Shown: in pieces, positions 47,749 to 57,301 of the stretch
Layout: each line of letters starts with the position of its first letter
How positions within the stretch are numbered: position 1 is the stretch's first letter
Origin: a virus
Lineage: Duplodnaviria > Caudoviricetes
Length of the DNA: 64,000 nucleotides
Virus record (IMG/VR): IMGVR_UViG_2595698524_000001
Coordinates: 32,001-96,000 of that record
Reading direction: 5' to 3' (one strand)
Translations under genes and position numbers: made by a program
Notes under the pieces: model-generated
The model's database searches: none
The model's input: only the letters and a program-made list of their open reading frames with translations
Told to the model about the DNA's origin: nothing

Positions 47749-48630
47749 ATGTCTAAGGTTTATGATGGGAAACTCTCGACGCCTACTCTCAGTGCCATGC
47801 GTTTAGCAATGGCGTTGATGACCGGCTCGCTGATTAAGTACCCCGAGAAATCAACTCTGAACGAACACTTTAACTTGCTGGCAAACCGTATCCCGGATGG
47901 GACGGAACGTGCAACGTTGAAGTATCTCTGTATCGGCAACCGTGGCCACGTCGCGCAGACTGAAAGCGACGGCTTTACTGACTTCGTACCTGTCGGTAAA
48001 GTGGCGAATGCCTCGGGGATGTTTAACGCAGTGCCGTTCGTGCTGCGTGAACTTGATAATGACCTGAGCGATGCACAGCGTAAGAACTATGCGTTCCGCA
48101 CACAGGTCAACATCAATGGCCGTAACTACTGGGCGTATTACCTCAAGCGTATCGACATGCGTACCGTGGAAACCAACGACTACCTGATTACCAAGCAAGG
48201 TTCAGTGCAGACGGTGGTTGACCACGTGTACACCGACAATGAGCTCTTCCCTAAACCAATTGAGCTGCCGGAGTATGACTACGACGATGATCAGCGCGTC
48301 GATATCCCGGACGGTCGTTACGTAACCTCGAACGCAGATATCAAAATTGTCTTCGATGAGTTCGACGTGCAGGAGTACATGAACGTCACCGCGATTATGC
48401 GTGGTAGTTCGCGTTCTTCTGTTATCTCGGAAATCGCGTTGGCCTCAGGTATTGACGGCGTAGCGACGGGTGAATCTGCAACCGGTTCTCCGTTCTCTTA
48501 CGACGAAGCGCTGGGTGTGCAGGTCCTGTACTACATTACGCTGTACAGCAACCTCGCCATCACCAACGAAAACCTGAACATGACAGTGAAAATCGGTCAG
48601 TCATCGCCGTTCTTTATTGGAGCGGTCTGA
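47749..48630 (+). CDS. Virion structural protein (baseplate/tail-fiber attachment)
   Basis: YLCIGNRGH, ISEIALASG motifs typical of this phiKZ-like family. Confidence 0.6.
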   Translation: MSKVYDGKLSTPTLSAMRLAMALMTGSLIKYPEKSTLNEHFNLLANRIPDGTERATLKYLCIGNRGHVAQTESDGFTDFVPVGKVANASGMFNAVPFVLRELDNDLSDAQRKNYAFRTQVNINGRNYWAYYLKRIDMRTVETNDYLITKQGSVQTVVDHVYTDNELFPKPIELPEYDYDDDQRVDIPDGRYVTSNADIKIVFDEFDVQEYMNVTAIMRGSSRSSVISEIALASGIDGVATGESATGSPFSYDEALGVQVLYYITLYSNLAITNENLNMTVKIGQSSPFFIGAV

Positions 48631-49295
48631 TGCTAATCCCTGCTCCGCGCAAGCCAGAAACCATGCTGCGTATTGTTGGGGTCGACCCCGGCACTTCGCA
48701 TCTTGGTCTTGCAGTTCTGGACTGGGAGTGGGGTGCCGAGCAAGCTGAAGTGGCTTGGTCCAAAACGATTCACGTGAAAGATGCCACCCACGATTCTGAT
48801 TTTACCGAGAGTTGTGGGAAACGTGATAAACGACTTCAGCAACTGAAGGACGCGTGGTCTGAGTTCTTAGACTTAGTCGGCGGTACGTTCTTCATTACTG
48901 AAACCCCGTTTATGCTGCGCAGTAAGTTAAGCGCTTATGAATCCGGCGTCGAGTTACAGAAAATGTTAAGAGAAGGTCTGTGGGATAAACACCCGCAGAA
49001 ACTCTTGCATGGCATTAACCCGATAATGGTAAAGTCTTTTGTAGGAGTTGCGGCAAAAGGGACGACCAAGGAAGATATGGCAGTAGCAGTAACTAAGCTG
49101 TACGCCAATCACACCTTGATTGACCTCTCAGTTTTAGACGAACACTCGATAGATGCCATCGCAGTTGCGAACTACTTTGTACGTTCGTCGCTGCTTAACC
49201 TTAACACTCTACTACCGCCGAAGGAAAAGAAACCGGAAAGTGGTGTGGGTGGGAAAAAGAAACGGCGTGGTCGTTTCAGGAGAAAGAAAAAATGA
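48630..49295 (+). CDS. ruvC: RuvC-like Holliday junction resolvase
   Basis: IVGVDPGTSHLGLAV, ITE, P..VK..VG, HSIDAIAVA. Confidence 0.88.
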   Translation: MLIPAPRKPETMLRIVGVDPGTSHLGLAVLDWEWGAEQAEVAWSKTIHVKDATHDSDFTESCGKRDKRLQQLKDAWSEFLDLVGGTFFITETPFMLRSKLSAYESGVELQKMLREGLWDKHPQKLLHGINPIMVKSFVGVAAKGTTKEDMAVAVTKLYANHTLIDLSVLDEHSIDAIAVANYFVRSSLLNLNTLLPPKEKKPESGVGGKKKRRGRFRRKKK

Positions 49296-49879
49296 GTGAA
49301 GTTGCTGAGGCCGTGAAGACTGTAAGTGCGCCTTCTGCCCATGACGTGGTGGGACCGATTCTTGATATCCTCATCAAAGCTGGTACGGATAAGATTGCCA
49401 ACGATGAAGATGCCAAGAAAGTTGTGGACGCCGCGAAAGACGCACTGGGTGTCACGGTGGATGTCACCAAACCCGCTTCGGAGATTCTCGGTAATCTCCG
49501 TCCGATGATTGTGGGGACGGTTGGGCAGATGTCCGATGTCTTCGCAAACAAAGCTGCTGCCGCAGTCGATAACCTCAATGAAATCTACGGCAAAGAAACC
49601 CTGCTGACGATTTACCCAACACTTCAGTTCGCCCAGAAGCTGCTAATTTGGCTGTTCTTCTTGGCGTCGTGTGGTGTGTCCGCAGCCCTGACGTTGGATT
49701 TCATCAAAGCCCCCGCGTACGATTACTTCGACCTTATCTTTGCGGCCGGTTGGCCGGTGCTGGCTGGTTTCGCGTTCTGTACGTGGCCAATCAAAACGCT
49801 GGCACTGACCTCGCTGCAGATTGGTTCGAAGGCTGTCGCGATTAAGCTTGAACGTACTGCGAAAAAGACGAAAGTCTAA
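49292..49879 (+). CDS. Membrane protein with two C-terminal TM helices
   Basis: LLIWLFFLASCGVSAALTL and LIFAAGWPVLAGFAFC. Confidence 0.7.
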   Translation: MSEVAEAVKTVSAPSAHDVVGPILDILIKAGTDKIANDEDAKKVVDAAKDALGVTVDVTKPASEILGNLRPMIVGTVGQMSDVFANKAAAAVDNLNEIYGKETLLTIYPTLQFAQKLLIWLFFLASCGVSAALTLDFIKAPAYDYFDLIFAAGWPVLAGFAFCTWPIKTLALTSLQIGSKAVAIKLERTAKKTKV

Positions 49880-49963
49880 TAGGCTGGCCAGTCACCTCGG
49901 TGGCTGGTCGCTTTTATTTTTAAACATCAATTCTCCATTATGTGTAAATTAATGAGGTGAACT

Positions 49964-50563
49964 ATGGACATTCGTATTGTTTATCGGGATATCTTAATCC
50001 CCGTGCGCGGTTTGAAGAAAACTATTCCTACCGGGCGCAAGTACCGTATCACTGAAGATAAAAAAGAAGAAATTATCTTAGCCGCTTTCCGCGACTGGTT
50101 CTCCATTACGCGCCGTTGCCAACATGCTGACGAGGTGGATACCCCGAAACCTGCCAGCAGGCTCGTACCGGTGCTCGCACAATTGCCGTACACTGACGAA
50201 GAGCGGAAATATATCGCGTCGATGTTGCCTGTCGAGATAGAGAAAATCCTGCGCACGATGCACATGGACACGGTCGATTTTGGTGGTGGTATTACCTGTG
50301 CGTTTTGGGGTGAGAACATGTATTCGTTACGCTTTACTCGTAACTGTGTTGTGTTCCGCTTCCCTCGGGTGTATCGCGATTACAAACTGATTACCGCGAA
50401 TCACTATATTGACGAATGCGTCCGTAAAGTCTCTCTGCGTTTGAAGATGAGTCAGAACGAGGTCTATAAAGAGTTAACCGCACTGACTGGCAACGATTTA
50501 CTTAAACCTGATATCACCAATGTGCTGACCGAAGCTATCCGCACTCGCTTGAACATTATTTAA
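49964..50563 (+). CDS. Hypothetical protein
   Basis: GAGGTG SD. Confidence 0.75.
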   Translation: MDIRIVYRDILIPVRGLKKTIPTGRKYRITEDKKEEIILAAFRDWFSITRRCQHADEVDTPKPASRLVPVLAQLPYTDEERKYIASMLPVEIEKILRTMHMDTVDFGGGITCAFWGENMYSLRFTRNCVVFRFPRVYRDYKLITANHYIDECVRKVSLRLKMSQNEVYKELTALTGNDLLKPDITNVLTEAIRTRLNII

Positions 50564-50571
50564 GGACCGCT

Positions 50572-51048
50572 ATGTATCTCATCGATGTTGAACGTGACAA
50601 AATTCCAGTCGGGACATTCCCCGGCCTGAATGAATGGTTAGACGATATTAATTCGGTTCGCTCGACACCGGTAACCTTTACGTTAGCGGTAGAAGACGAT
50701 GTGGCTGTGGGCGTGTGTATCCATGAGCCCGGTCACATTCTGTATCTGATCGTGGCGAAAGACGAACGTCGTCAGGGTTACGGGTCTACGTTATTGAAGA
50801 ATGTAACCAACCTCTCTAAAGGCCCTGTATGGCTCCGTATCGAACCGAATAACTGCGAAGGTATTTGCTTCTTTACCTCTCACGGAGCGGTTATAGACCG
50901 CGTACACGTCGCAGAAGAGGGTGGTGTGTTTCATCGTATGGTACTTGGTGCCAAATCGAAACGCGCAACCCCGCCAGAGGAGACTTCTTTACTACATTAT
51001 TTAGCTAACACACCTGTGTTCGTTTCGGTGGCGGGTAAGATCGTATAA
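50572..51048 (+). CDS. GNAT acetyltransferase
   Basis: Motif A LIVAKDERRQGYGSTLL; N..GICFF...G. Confidence 0.8.
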   Translation: MYLIDVERDKIPVGTFPGLNEWLDDINSVRSTPVTFTLAVEDDVAVGVCIHEPGHILYLIVAKDERRQGYGSTLLKNVTNLSKGPVWLRIEPNNCEGICFFTSHGAVIDRVHVAEEGGVFHRMVLGAKSKRATPPEETSLLHYLANTPVFVSVAGKIV

Positions 51049-51072
51049 TTTACCCCTGGGAGCGAAGTAACT

Positions 51073-51597
51073 ATGAAACGTGTTGTCTATGAAAAATGGA
51101 TTTCATGCGAAGAAGGGCCCAAACGGGTTCGTTGTGTGGATGTAGTACCGACTTACGAAGTCAACGAAGCCGCATCCACTCTTCGTGGCTCGACTGTAAA
51201 CTTTCTGAGTGTGAAGTCTGTTGAATTGAAGCTGCCCCAACAGCCTCGACCGACAACCAAATACTCAGGCCCGCAGTTCGAGCCTTTGCGACAGCACCTT
51301 TATCGGCACTATCGACGTTCATCTTGGCGCGCCTGCGTTGAGTTGCTAATCGATGATCTAATAGTTGACCTAGAATGGGACAGGGTCGTGGCACAAGCTG
51401 GCTATGACCAGATCCCATTTCAGGTACGCTGGAATAAATTTAAAGAGGCCTACCACAAGGAACTGTACTGGTCACCTAACACACGCAACATGATGCGCCG
51501 TCTTGAAACCATGCCGTGGCTTCAACCTTATCTTAATCAGAAACCTTGTCATAATGCGAATGTACTGATGTCGACCCCAGACCACGCCCCCGTTTAA
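51073..51597 (+). CDS. Hypothetical protein
   Basis: GGGAG SD, 174 aa. Confidence 0.65.
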   Translation: MKRVVYEKWISCEEGPKRVRCVDVVPTYEVNEAASTLRGSTVNFLSVKSVELKLPQQPRPTTKYSGPQFEPLRQHLYRHYRRSSWRACVELLIDDLIVDLEWDRVVAQAGYDQIPFQVRWNKFKEAYHKELYWSPNTRNMMRRLETMPWLQPYLNQKPCHNANVLMSTPDHAPV

Positions 51598-51626
51598 TAT
51601 GACCTTCGGTTATCGGGAGATTGGTT

Positions 51627-52301
51627 ATGTCAAAAGAGCTCTACACTCTCATCCAAGAACGGATGAAGAAAGACCTCGTCTACACCGCCAAGGTTGACGG
51701 TGTTTGGGGTGGCGGAAGTGAACGCGCTTTTGCTACGGGTATCGCGCGGGGAATCGATTATGCCGATGGTCTGTTCGACATTGCATGGTCTGCAAAAGTG
51801 TCCCCGGAGTTTGTCCGTAAGCTTAAAGGGATTGCACAACAGCTACAGCTTACTAAAAAAGGTCCGGACGAAATGATGGGCTGCATGGCTTTTGAGTCTG
51901 GTGAGACGTTCAGTCCTACCATTCGCAACGGAGCCGGCGCGCCGTATTACGGCATCATTCAATTCGGTGAAGACGCAGCGAAAGATGCAGGTACTACTTT
52001 ATCTGCTCTGTTGAAGATGACTGCTGAAGAACAGCTCGACTACGTGTACCGTTTCTTTAAACCGTACACCGGCAAGCTGCATGATATCAGCGACATCTAC
52101 ATGCGCATCCTTTGGCCTGCTGCGGTGGGTAAACCGTTGAACTCGGTCCTTTGGGACCAGAAGACACGGCCAACCACGTACGCGCAGAATAAAGGTCTTG
52201 ACTTGAACTTCGACAAAGTCATCACTAAAGCCGAAGCTGCTGCAAAGGTACAAGAAAAACTGAACCGTGGGATGTCCCCACTTTTCCGTCGGCCATTATA
52301 A
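51627..52301 (+). CDS. Lysozyme-fold peptidoglycan hydrolase (endolysin/lytic transglycosylase)
   Basis: MAFESGETFSP (catalytic E), GIIQF, EQLDYVYRFF, YAQNKGLD. Confidence 0.78.
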   Translation: MSKELYTLIQERMKKDLVYTAKVDGVWGGGSERAFATGIARGIDYADGLFDIAWSAKVSPEFVRKLKGIAQQLQLTKKGPDEMMGCMAFESGETFSPTIRNGAGAPYYGIIQFGEDAAKDAGTTLSALLKMTAEEQLDYVYRFFKPYTGKLHDISDIYMRILWPAAVGKPLNSVLWDQKTRPTTYAQNKGLDLNFDKVITKAEAAAKVQEKLNRGMSPLFRRPL

Positions 52302-52310
52302 GTGTGTCTA

Positions 52311-52339
52311 TAAGGGGGCGTTTGCCCCCTTATTTTTTT
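52311..52339 (+). terminator. Intrinsic terminator
   Basis: TAAGGGGGC-GTTT-GCCCCCTTA plus T-run. Confidence 0.8.
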
Positions 52340-52376
52340 GTCTCAATTACTATGACTAGGGCGAAGGAGTAGTAAA

Positions 52377-52907
52377 ATGGGTTACGTTATTAATTTTGGA
52401 ACTAAGCATGATACGTCGCTCTTAGAGAAAATCAACGCGATAAACGCAGCCACTGTAGGCCGGAAGCTGAAGGTTGAGGATATCGAAATCGTTGAATTAA
52501 GCGAGCTGCCTTCCGGGGCATTTAGCGTGGAGTTAATCAACCGTGAAGACCTGACGGATACAGTGGTCATTTCACATGAGAAGCTCGATTTAGCGGATTT
52601 TCTTAAGCATGAACTGGCAGATTTAACATGGTGGGACCCGGACAACTTTGATGCAACACGCGATACCGCGGCTGCAACGGTGATGTTCAACAACGCCATT
52701 ATCAAAGCAGGTATTATCGCCTCCAACGCATGGGAACCCGGCAGTGGCAAAATAGCAATCGTCTACGATGCCGCCACGTCGCAATACACCATGGTGTTTA
52801 CGTGTACATCGCACGTGTGGAAAGAATACCGCTTCGACCTGCCGCGCAGTTTTGCTAGTGTGTTCTCTGAGCAAGTTCTGCCGGGGTTTGTAGCTGACGA
52901 CGTCTAA
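52377..52907 (+). CDS. Probable virion (tail-associated) protein
   Basis: Late TATG motif at 52351, AAGGAG SD, monocistronic. Confidence 0.55.
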   Translation: MGYVINFGTKHDTSLLEKINAINAATVGRKLKVEDIEIVELSELPSGAFSVELINREDLTDTVVISHEKLDLADFLKHELADLTWWDPDNFDATRDTAAATVMFNNAIIKAGIIASNAWEPGSGKIAIVYDAATSQYTMVFTCTSHVWKEYRFDLPRSFASVFSEQVLPGFVADDV

Positions 52908-52915
52908 GAAATGCA

Positions 52916-52947
52916 GAGAGTATCTTCGGATACTCTCTTTTTCTTTT
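52916..52947 (+). terminator. Intrinsic terminator
   Basis: AGAGAGTATC-TTCG-GATACTCTCT plus T-run. Confidence 0.85.
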
Positions 52948-52948
52948 A

Positions 52949-52977
52949 TTTTTTACAACAGACCTGTTTGATATAGA
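52949..52977 (+). promoter_or_regulatory. Putative middle promoter
   Basis: TTTTTTACA-N14-TATAG. Confidence 0.6.
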
Positions 52978-52998
52978 TGAGCAGCGAGGTGAGGTCTA

Positions 52999-53595
52999 AT
53001 GGGAGCCGCAATTCGGATAGCCATTATTGGTTCAAGAAAAACTGACGGGGAAACCATGTCAGAGATGGGGAAGGTCATGGCGGCAATGATTCGTAAGGCC
53101 GTCAGTATGGAGATACCCATCGAAATTACATCCGGAGCTTGTGCGGAAGGACCTGACCAAGTACAACTCATGTTGTCGCGCATATTCGACGACGAGTTGG
53201 TAACGTTCACTGCGTATCTACCGGACGATAAAAAGCTTTGGCTTTCTAAAGTCTATCCTAGGGTTAAGTTTGTTGTGGGAACAGACGATGACCGCCATCG
53301 AGCGACAGTCGAAGAACTGCATCCTGCCCCACAGAACTTAAAAGATTATGCGTACAAACTACACGGGAGGAACTTAGAGATAATAGCTGGCGAGAGTTTA
53401 GGGGACCTCGTCGACGCAGTCTACTTTTCAGCACCTGAGAACGAAAAGGGAATTGTTTCAGGTGGCACAGCAATGGGGGTATCGTACGCACGACAGCGTA
53501 ACGTCCCTACATTCAACGCATCTACACCTGACGGAACTGATGCTTTTATTAGACATGTGCGTACTCTCATCCGTAACTACTCACGGAAAGAGTGA
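52999..53595 (+). CDS. SLOG superfamily (DprA/Smf-like) protein
   Basis: IAIIGSR, ITSGACAEGPD, HGRN, SGGTA. Confidence 0.75.
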   Translation: MGAAIRIAIIGSRKTDGETMSEMGKVMAAMIRKAVSMEIPIEITSGACAEGPDQVQLMLSRIFDDELVTFTAYLPDDKKLWLSKVYPRVKFVVGTDDDRHRATVEELHPAPQNLKDYAYKLHGRNLEIIAGESLGDLVDAVYFSAPENEKGIVSGGTAMGVSYARQRNVPTFNASTPDGTDAFIRHVRTLIRNYSRKE

Positions 53596-53653
53596 CAGTC
53601 AGAACGGAGTTATGTGATAGAGAGTGTAGCAGTACAGCCCACTGGGGGTTACT

Positions 53654-54901
53654 ATGCTTTCCATCAGCAACGCGAATCTGGAGATGGTTCGTCGCTTTTG
53701 TACTGTAGAGACAGCAATACACACGTGCCCTGACACGGTATTAGACCTCGATAAAAACGTGGTCTTAGAGATGCTTGCCACTAACGAGATTTCTAAGGAA
53801 GTGGCATTGCGTGCAGCGTATGTTTTAGGATGCACTTTGGGAACGGTTCGGGACATGACCCTGTTGGAGCGTATTGCTTCACTGAGTAACCCTGCCTACG
53901 CAAAGAGCTGGTATAGCATGAGAGACTACTGGTCTCGCCTGCTTTATTGTAACCCAGAAAATTCCGACCTGCTCTCCGTGGTCTTACGTCATTTGAATCC
54001 TGAGGATATCAGACGTCATGACTACAGTGTTGAGCGGTATTTGGCCGCGAAGGTGCCTTTTATCGGCGACATTGCTGGTGCGCCTTCCAGTGCGACGATT
54101 CGCTATGCCCAACCGAAGTTCGAACCGAACGACCCGGTATTGGCTGAATGGCGTCGTCGTCTCACTCCCGCCATGGCAGTTAAATTGTTTGATAGTACCG
54201 GCTGGGATATTTTCAACCCGGCATCGGATGACTACATCATGGTTGACACCACTGATGAGCAAACCGAACTGTTGTTGGATTCTGATAAACCGTTAACCGT
54301 GGTGGTATCTCGCGGACGTTGGACACGGAGTAACATCGAGCGTATCTTGAGTCGAATCGAGAACTCGCCTGCACGAGACGGGCTGATGATTATTCTGTAC
54401 GAACGTGTTTGCGAATTATGGGGAGATTCTTCTGTTCTGGCGAAATTGGTCCGTGACCATCTTCGTTACGCAGCCATTATGGATGCTGAACATGTGCAGA
54501 AGATTTATACCACCGGTTGGCATTGTTGCGTGCCGCCAATCCATTATTACTTGGTTAACGCCAACTATTTGGATTTGCGTCGTTTGATTGAAACGAATTT
54601 CAATGCCCGGGTAACAATCTTTGACATCGTTAGGAACGCCACGCCAGAGGCTATTCGAGCAGTAGGCGTAGAAGCCGTTCGCTGGCTCGTGGAGTACCAT
54701 CCGCACGACTACAAAGGTATCCGTAACGTGTTAAACGTTATTGCCAATCACACGACGTCCGTTGCGTGGTCGGAAGATACTGCTGCGATTATGATGCGTG
54801 GTCTGCGTAGAACCTACACGAAAAAACTGATTCTTCAGTTTATTCTGATGTCGACTTTCCCACACGAGTTAAAAGAGGAGCTCGTGCAATTACCGTGTTA
54901 A
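53654..54901 (+). CDS. Hypothetical helical protein
   Basis: 415 aa ORF, GGGGG SD. Confidence 0.7.
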   Translation: MLSISNANLEMVRRFCTVETAIHTCPDTVLDLDKNVVLEMLATNEISKEVALRAAYVLGCTLGTVRDMTLLERIASLSNPAYAKSWYSMRDYWSRLLYCNPENSDLLSVVLRHLNPEDIRRHDYSVERYLAAKVPFIGDIAGAPSSATIRYAQPKFEPNDPVLAEWRRRLTPAMAVKLFDSTGWDIFNPASDDYIMVDTTDEQTELLLDSDKPLTVVVSRGRWTRSNIERILSRIENSPARDGLMIILYERVCELWGDSSVLAKLVRDHLRYAAIMDAEHVQKIYTTGWHCCVPPIHYYLVNANYLDLRRLIETNFNARVTIFDIVRNATPEAIRAVGVEAVRWLVEYHPHDYKGIRNVLNVIANHTTSVAWSEDTAAIMMRGLRRTYTKKLILQFILMSTFPHELKEELVQLPC

Positions 54902-54947
54902 CAAACTTTCCTCTTGGTATGGTTGTACTCGCCTAGGAGAGAAAGGT

Positions 54948-55220
54948 ATGAAAGCTTCACTTGTTAACGTGGGACTGGCAGTGCTTAAACTGCTTTCATT
55001 AGTAAAGCGTCCCAAACCCGTGGCCCGACATGAGCCGTGGGAGGGTTCTGAGGAAGACTTCTTTGACAAAATGCTCAATGAAGGTACGTACGCGGTATCT
55101 GACAACACTGCACGCGCGGTGGTTACCACGTATCACGACAAAGAGACTCACGAACAACTGGGAATGGCTGTTCGCTGGCCTAACCGTCATCTCTACTTCG
55201 AAACCACGCGGAAGAGTTGA
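54948..55220 (+). CDS. Hypothetical protein
   Basis: AGGAGA SD; followed by hairpin 55234-55270. Confidence 0.65.
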   Translation: MKASLVNVGLAVLKLLSLVKRPKPVARHEPWEGSEEDFFDKMLNEGTYAVSDNTARAVVTTYHDKETHEQLGMAVRWPNRHLYFETTRKS

Positions 55221-55365
55221 GGTATCGGCACCCAAAGCCCCGTGTTAGCACGACGTTGATACGGGGCTTTTATCTTAAAACAAATTCTCTCCCTTATTGT
55301 GAGCAGTACAAATCTCTCTTACCGTATTGGTAAGACATTTTGACTACAACAGTAAGGTGCGTGCT

Positions 55366-56118
55366 ATGGGACGTGAAAAACAACGTGTAGGTCGTAAAGC
55401 TCGTCAGCAGTCTGGTAAAGGGCAAGTTATCCCGTTCCCTGACCAAGACCTTGATGAATCGTTGCCGCAGTTAAAACGCGATACCAGTCCGATTGAACCA
55501 CGCAATCCGTGCCAGCAACATTACATGCTCGCACTGGAAACGAAAAATCTTATCTTCGCCACCGGCGAAGCGGGGTGTGGGAAAACGTTTATTTCCGCCG
55601 CATACGCTTGCGAACGTTTGCTGGCCAAAGATATCGAACGTATCATCGTCACTCGTCCGGTGCTCTCCGCAGATGAAGATTTAGGCTTCCTGCCCGGCGA
55701 CGTTGCCGAAAAATTCGCCCCGTACTTCCGCCCTGTTTATGACGTTCTTCAAAAACGTCTCGGTAGCCGCTACCTGCAATACTGCCTTAAGCCCGGTATC
55801 GACAAAGTGGAGATTGCTCCTTTTGCGTACATGCGTGGCCGCAGTTTCGAAAATGCGGTTGTCATTTTAGATGAAGCTCAGAACACTACTGCTCAGCAGA
55901 TGAAGCTCTTCCTGACACGTATCGGGGAGAACTGTATCGTTATCGTAAACGGTGACGTCACACAGTGCGACTTGCCCAAAGGGGTGAAGTCTGGACTGGC
56001 CGACGCGTTGACCCGTTTCGAGGAAGACGATTTAGTTGGCGTCGTTCGTTTTACGAAAGACGACTGTGTGCGCTCTTTGCTTTGTCAGCGTGCGTTGAAA
56101 GCGTACGGGGACGAATAA
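55366..56118 (+). CDS. phoH: PhoH-family ATPase
   Basis: GEAGCGKT, LGFLPGD, YMRGRSF, DEAQN, NGDVTQCD; very close to enterobacterial PhoH as recalled. Confidence 0.93.
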   Translation: MGREKQRVGRKARQQSGKGQVIPFPDQDLDESLPQLKRDTSPIEPRNPCQQHYMLALETKNLIFATGEAGCGKTFISAAYACERLLAKDIERIIVTRPVLSADEDLGFLPGDVAEKFAPYFRPVYDVLQKRLGSRYLQYCLKPGIDKVEIAPFAYMRGRSFENAVVILDEAQNTTAQQMKLFLTRIGENCIVIVNGDVTQCDLPKGVKSGLADALTRFEEDDLVGVVRFTKDDCVRSLLCQRALKAYGDE

Positions 56119-56123
56119 AAAAA

Positions 56124-56158
56124 GTGAGGGGCTTTTGCCCCTCACCATTTATTTTTTT
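56124..56158 (+). terminator. Intrinsic terminator
   Basis: GTGAGGGGC-TTTT-GCCCCTCAC plus T-rich tail. Confidence 0.8.
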
Positions 56159-56183
56159 CATTTTGCGAACGAAAATAATCTCA

Positions 56184-56204
56184 GATATATATTACTTTAG
56201 TGAA
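56184..56204 (+). promoter_or_regulatory. Early (vRNAP) promoter
   Basis: GATATATATTACTTTAGTGAA, 20/21 identical to 30900. Confidence 0.75.
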
Positions 56205-56248
56205 TAACAATGGTTATTCTTTATTCAACTATCGTGGAGATTTCATTT

Positions 56249-56725
56249 ATGTTCGCTATTCAATCTTTCAATTTCGAAAAGGTTTGTGATGTGGTTCGTG
56301 AAGACGGCTTTTACAATAAAGCCAAAGACGGGCTGCCGAAGAATATGCAGGTGCTTGAGAAAGCCACTGAGCAGCAGCTCGCTGCATTCGCCATTCATCG
56401 TACCGGTATTAATGAACATGTTCTGCCGTGGCTGCCGACCCTGAACATTATCCCTTCGCCGATTAAGAAGTATCAGGCGTTGATTGTGGTCGACCGTGGG
56501 AATAAAACTTTCCTTGAAACAATGGAAGGTTTCAAAGTTGCACGTGTAGTCCGCGTACCGCACGGTACCGCTGAGCCAATACTGCACGAAGGCAAAAGCG
56601 TTATTATCAACCTGTCTGAGCACAAAATCGCGTTCAGTCGTATTGCCCTGTTCTTTACGGGGTTCTGGGCTGCGTATCAGGAAGGTAAAAAGAATGCGTT
56701 ACTGAAACGCATGTTTCGTAAGTAA
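56249..56725 (+). CDS. Hypothetical early protein
   Basis: GGAG SD before ATG 56249. Confidence 0.7.
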   Translation: MFAIQSFNFEKVCDVVREDGFYNKAKDGLPKNMQVLEKATEQQLAAFAIHRTGINEHVLPWLPTLNIIPSPIKKYQALIVVDRGNKTFLETMEGFKVARVVRVPHGTAEPILHEGKSVIINLSEHKIAFSRIALFFTGFWAAYQEGKKNALLKRMFRK

Positions 56726-56772
56726 GTTGTAGTAACAGTAGTACAAAAATAATCGATTAATTAGGAGCTATC

Positions 56773-57204
56773 ATGGAATACACTTTTGAAAATGTCACTA
56801 CTCGTAAATATACCGTTGGCGTGTGCACCATCACGTGGATGGATAACGGTAATCAGCGTAAAGCAACCCTGTCGCTGAACGGGAAGGAAATGTGCAAGTG
56901 GGAAGAGAACGAAGAAGGTCGCTGGATTGCCTCCGCCGCTATTGAGTTCATGGACCGTTTGAAGAAACGCAAATTCTCCCACGAAAATACCTTCTGCATC
57001 TACGCCTGTATCGGCCGTATGCTGGAAGCGCCTCATGCTGGCCTGCACTGGCAGGATTTCCACCGCCCGGGTTCTGTTGGTTCGGCTATCGTCCGTGCAC
57101 AAGCAATGTGCGGGTTGATTTTCCGTGTTAACAAGAAGTACCAAATTCCGAGCACCGTCTCCTCCATCAATACTGCCGATGTGTCTCGCGCCCATCTGCA
57201 CTAA
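56773..57204 (+). CDS. Hypothetical early protein
   Basis: AGGAGCT SD. Confidence 0.75.
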   Translation: MEYTFENVTTRKYTVGVCTITWMDNGNQRKATLSLNGKEMCKWEENEEGRWIASAAIEFMDRLKKRKFSHENTFCIYACIGRMLEAPHAGLHWQDFHRPGSVGSAIVRAQAMCGLIFRVNKKYQIPSTVSSINTADVSRAHLH

Positions 57205-57227
57205 GCATTAGTGGCTGTCGACGTTTA

Positions 57228-57255
57228 GCCCCTACTTCGGTAGGGGCATCTTTTT
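57228..57255 (+). terminator. Intrinsic terminator
   Basis: GCCCCTAC-TTCG-GTAGGGGC plus T-run. Confidence 0.8.
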
Positions 57256-57301
57256 AATTTCTTCGTGTCAAACAATCTATCTAACTTATCTGGAGCTAAT
57301 C

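Noticed and set aside
49292-49879. Holin call
   Set aside because: Two TM helices alone are insufficient; the gene is not adjacent to the lysin.
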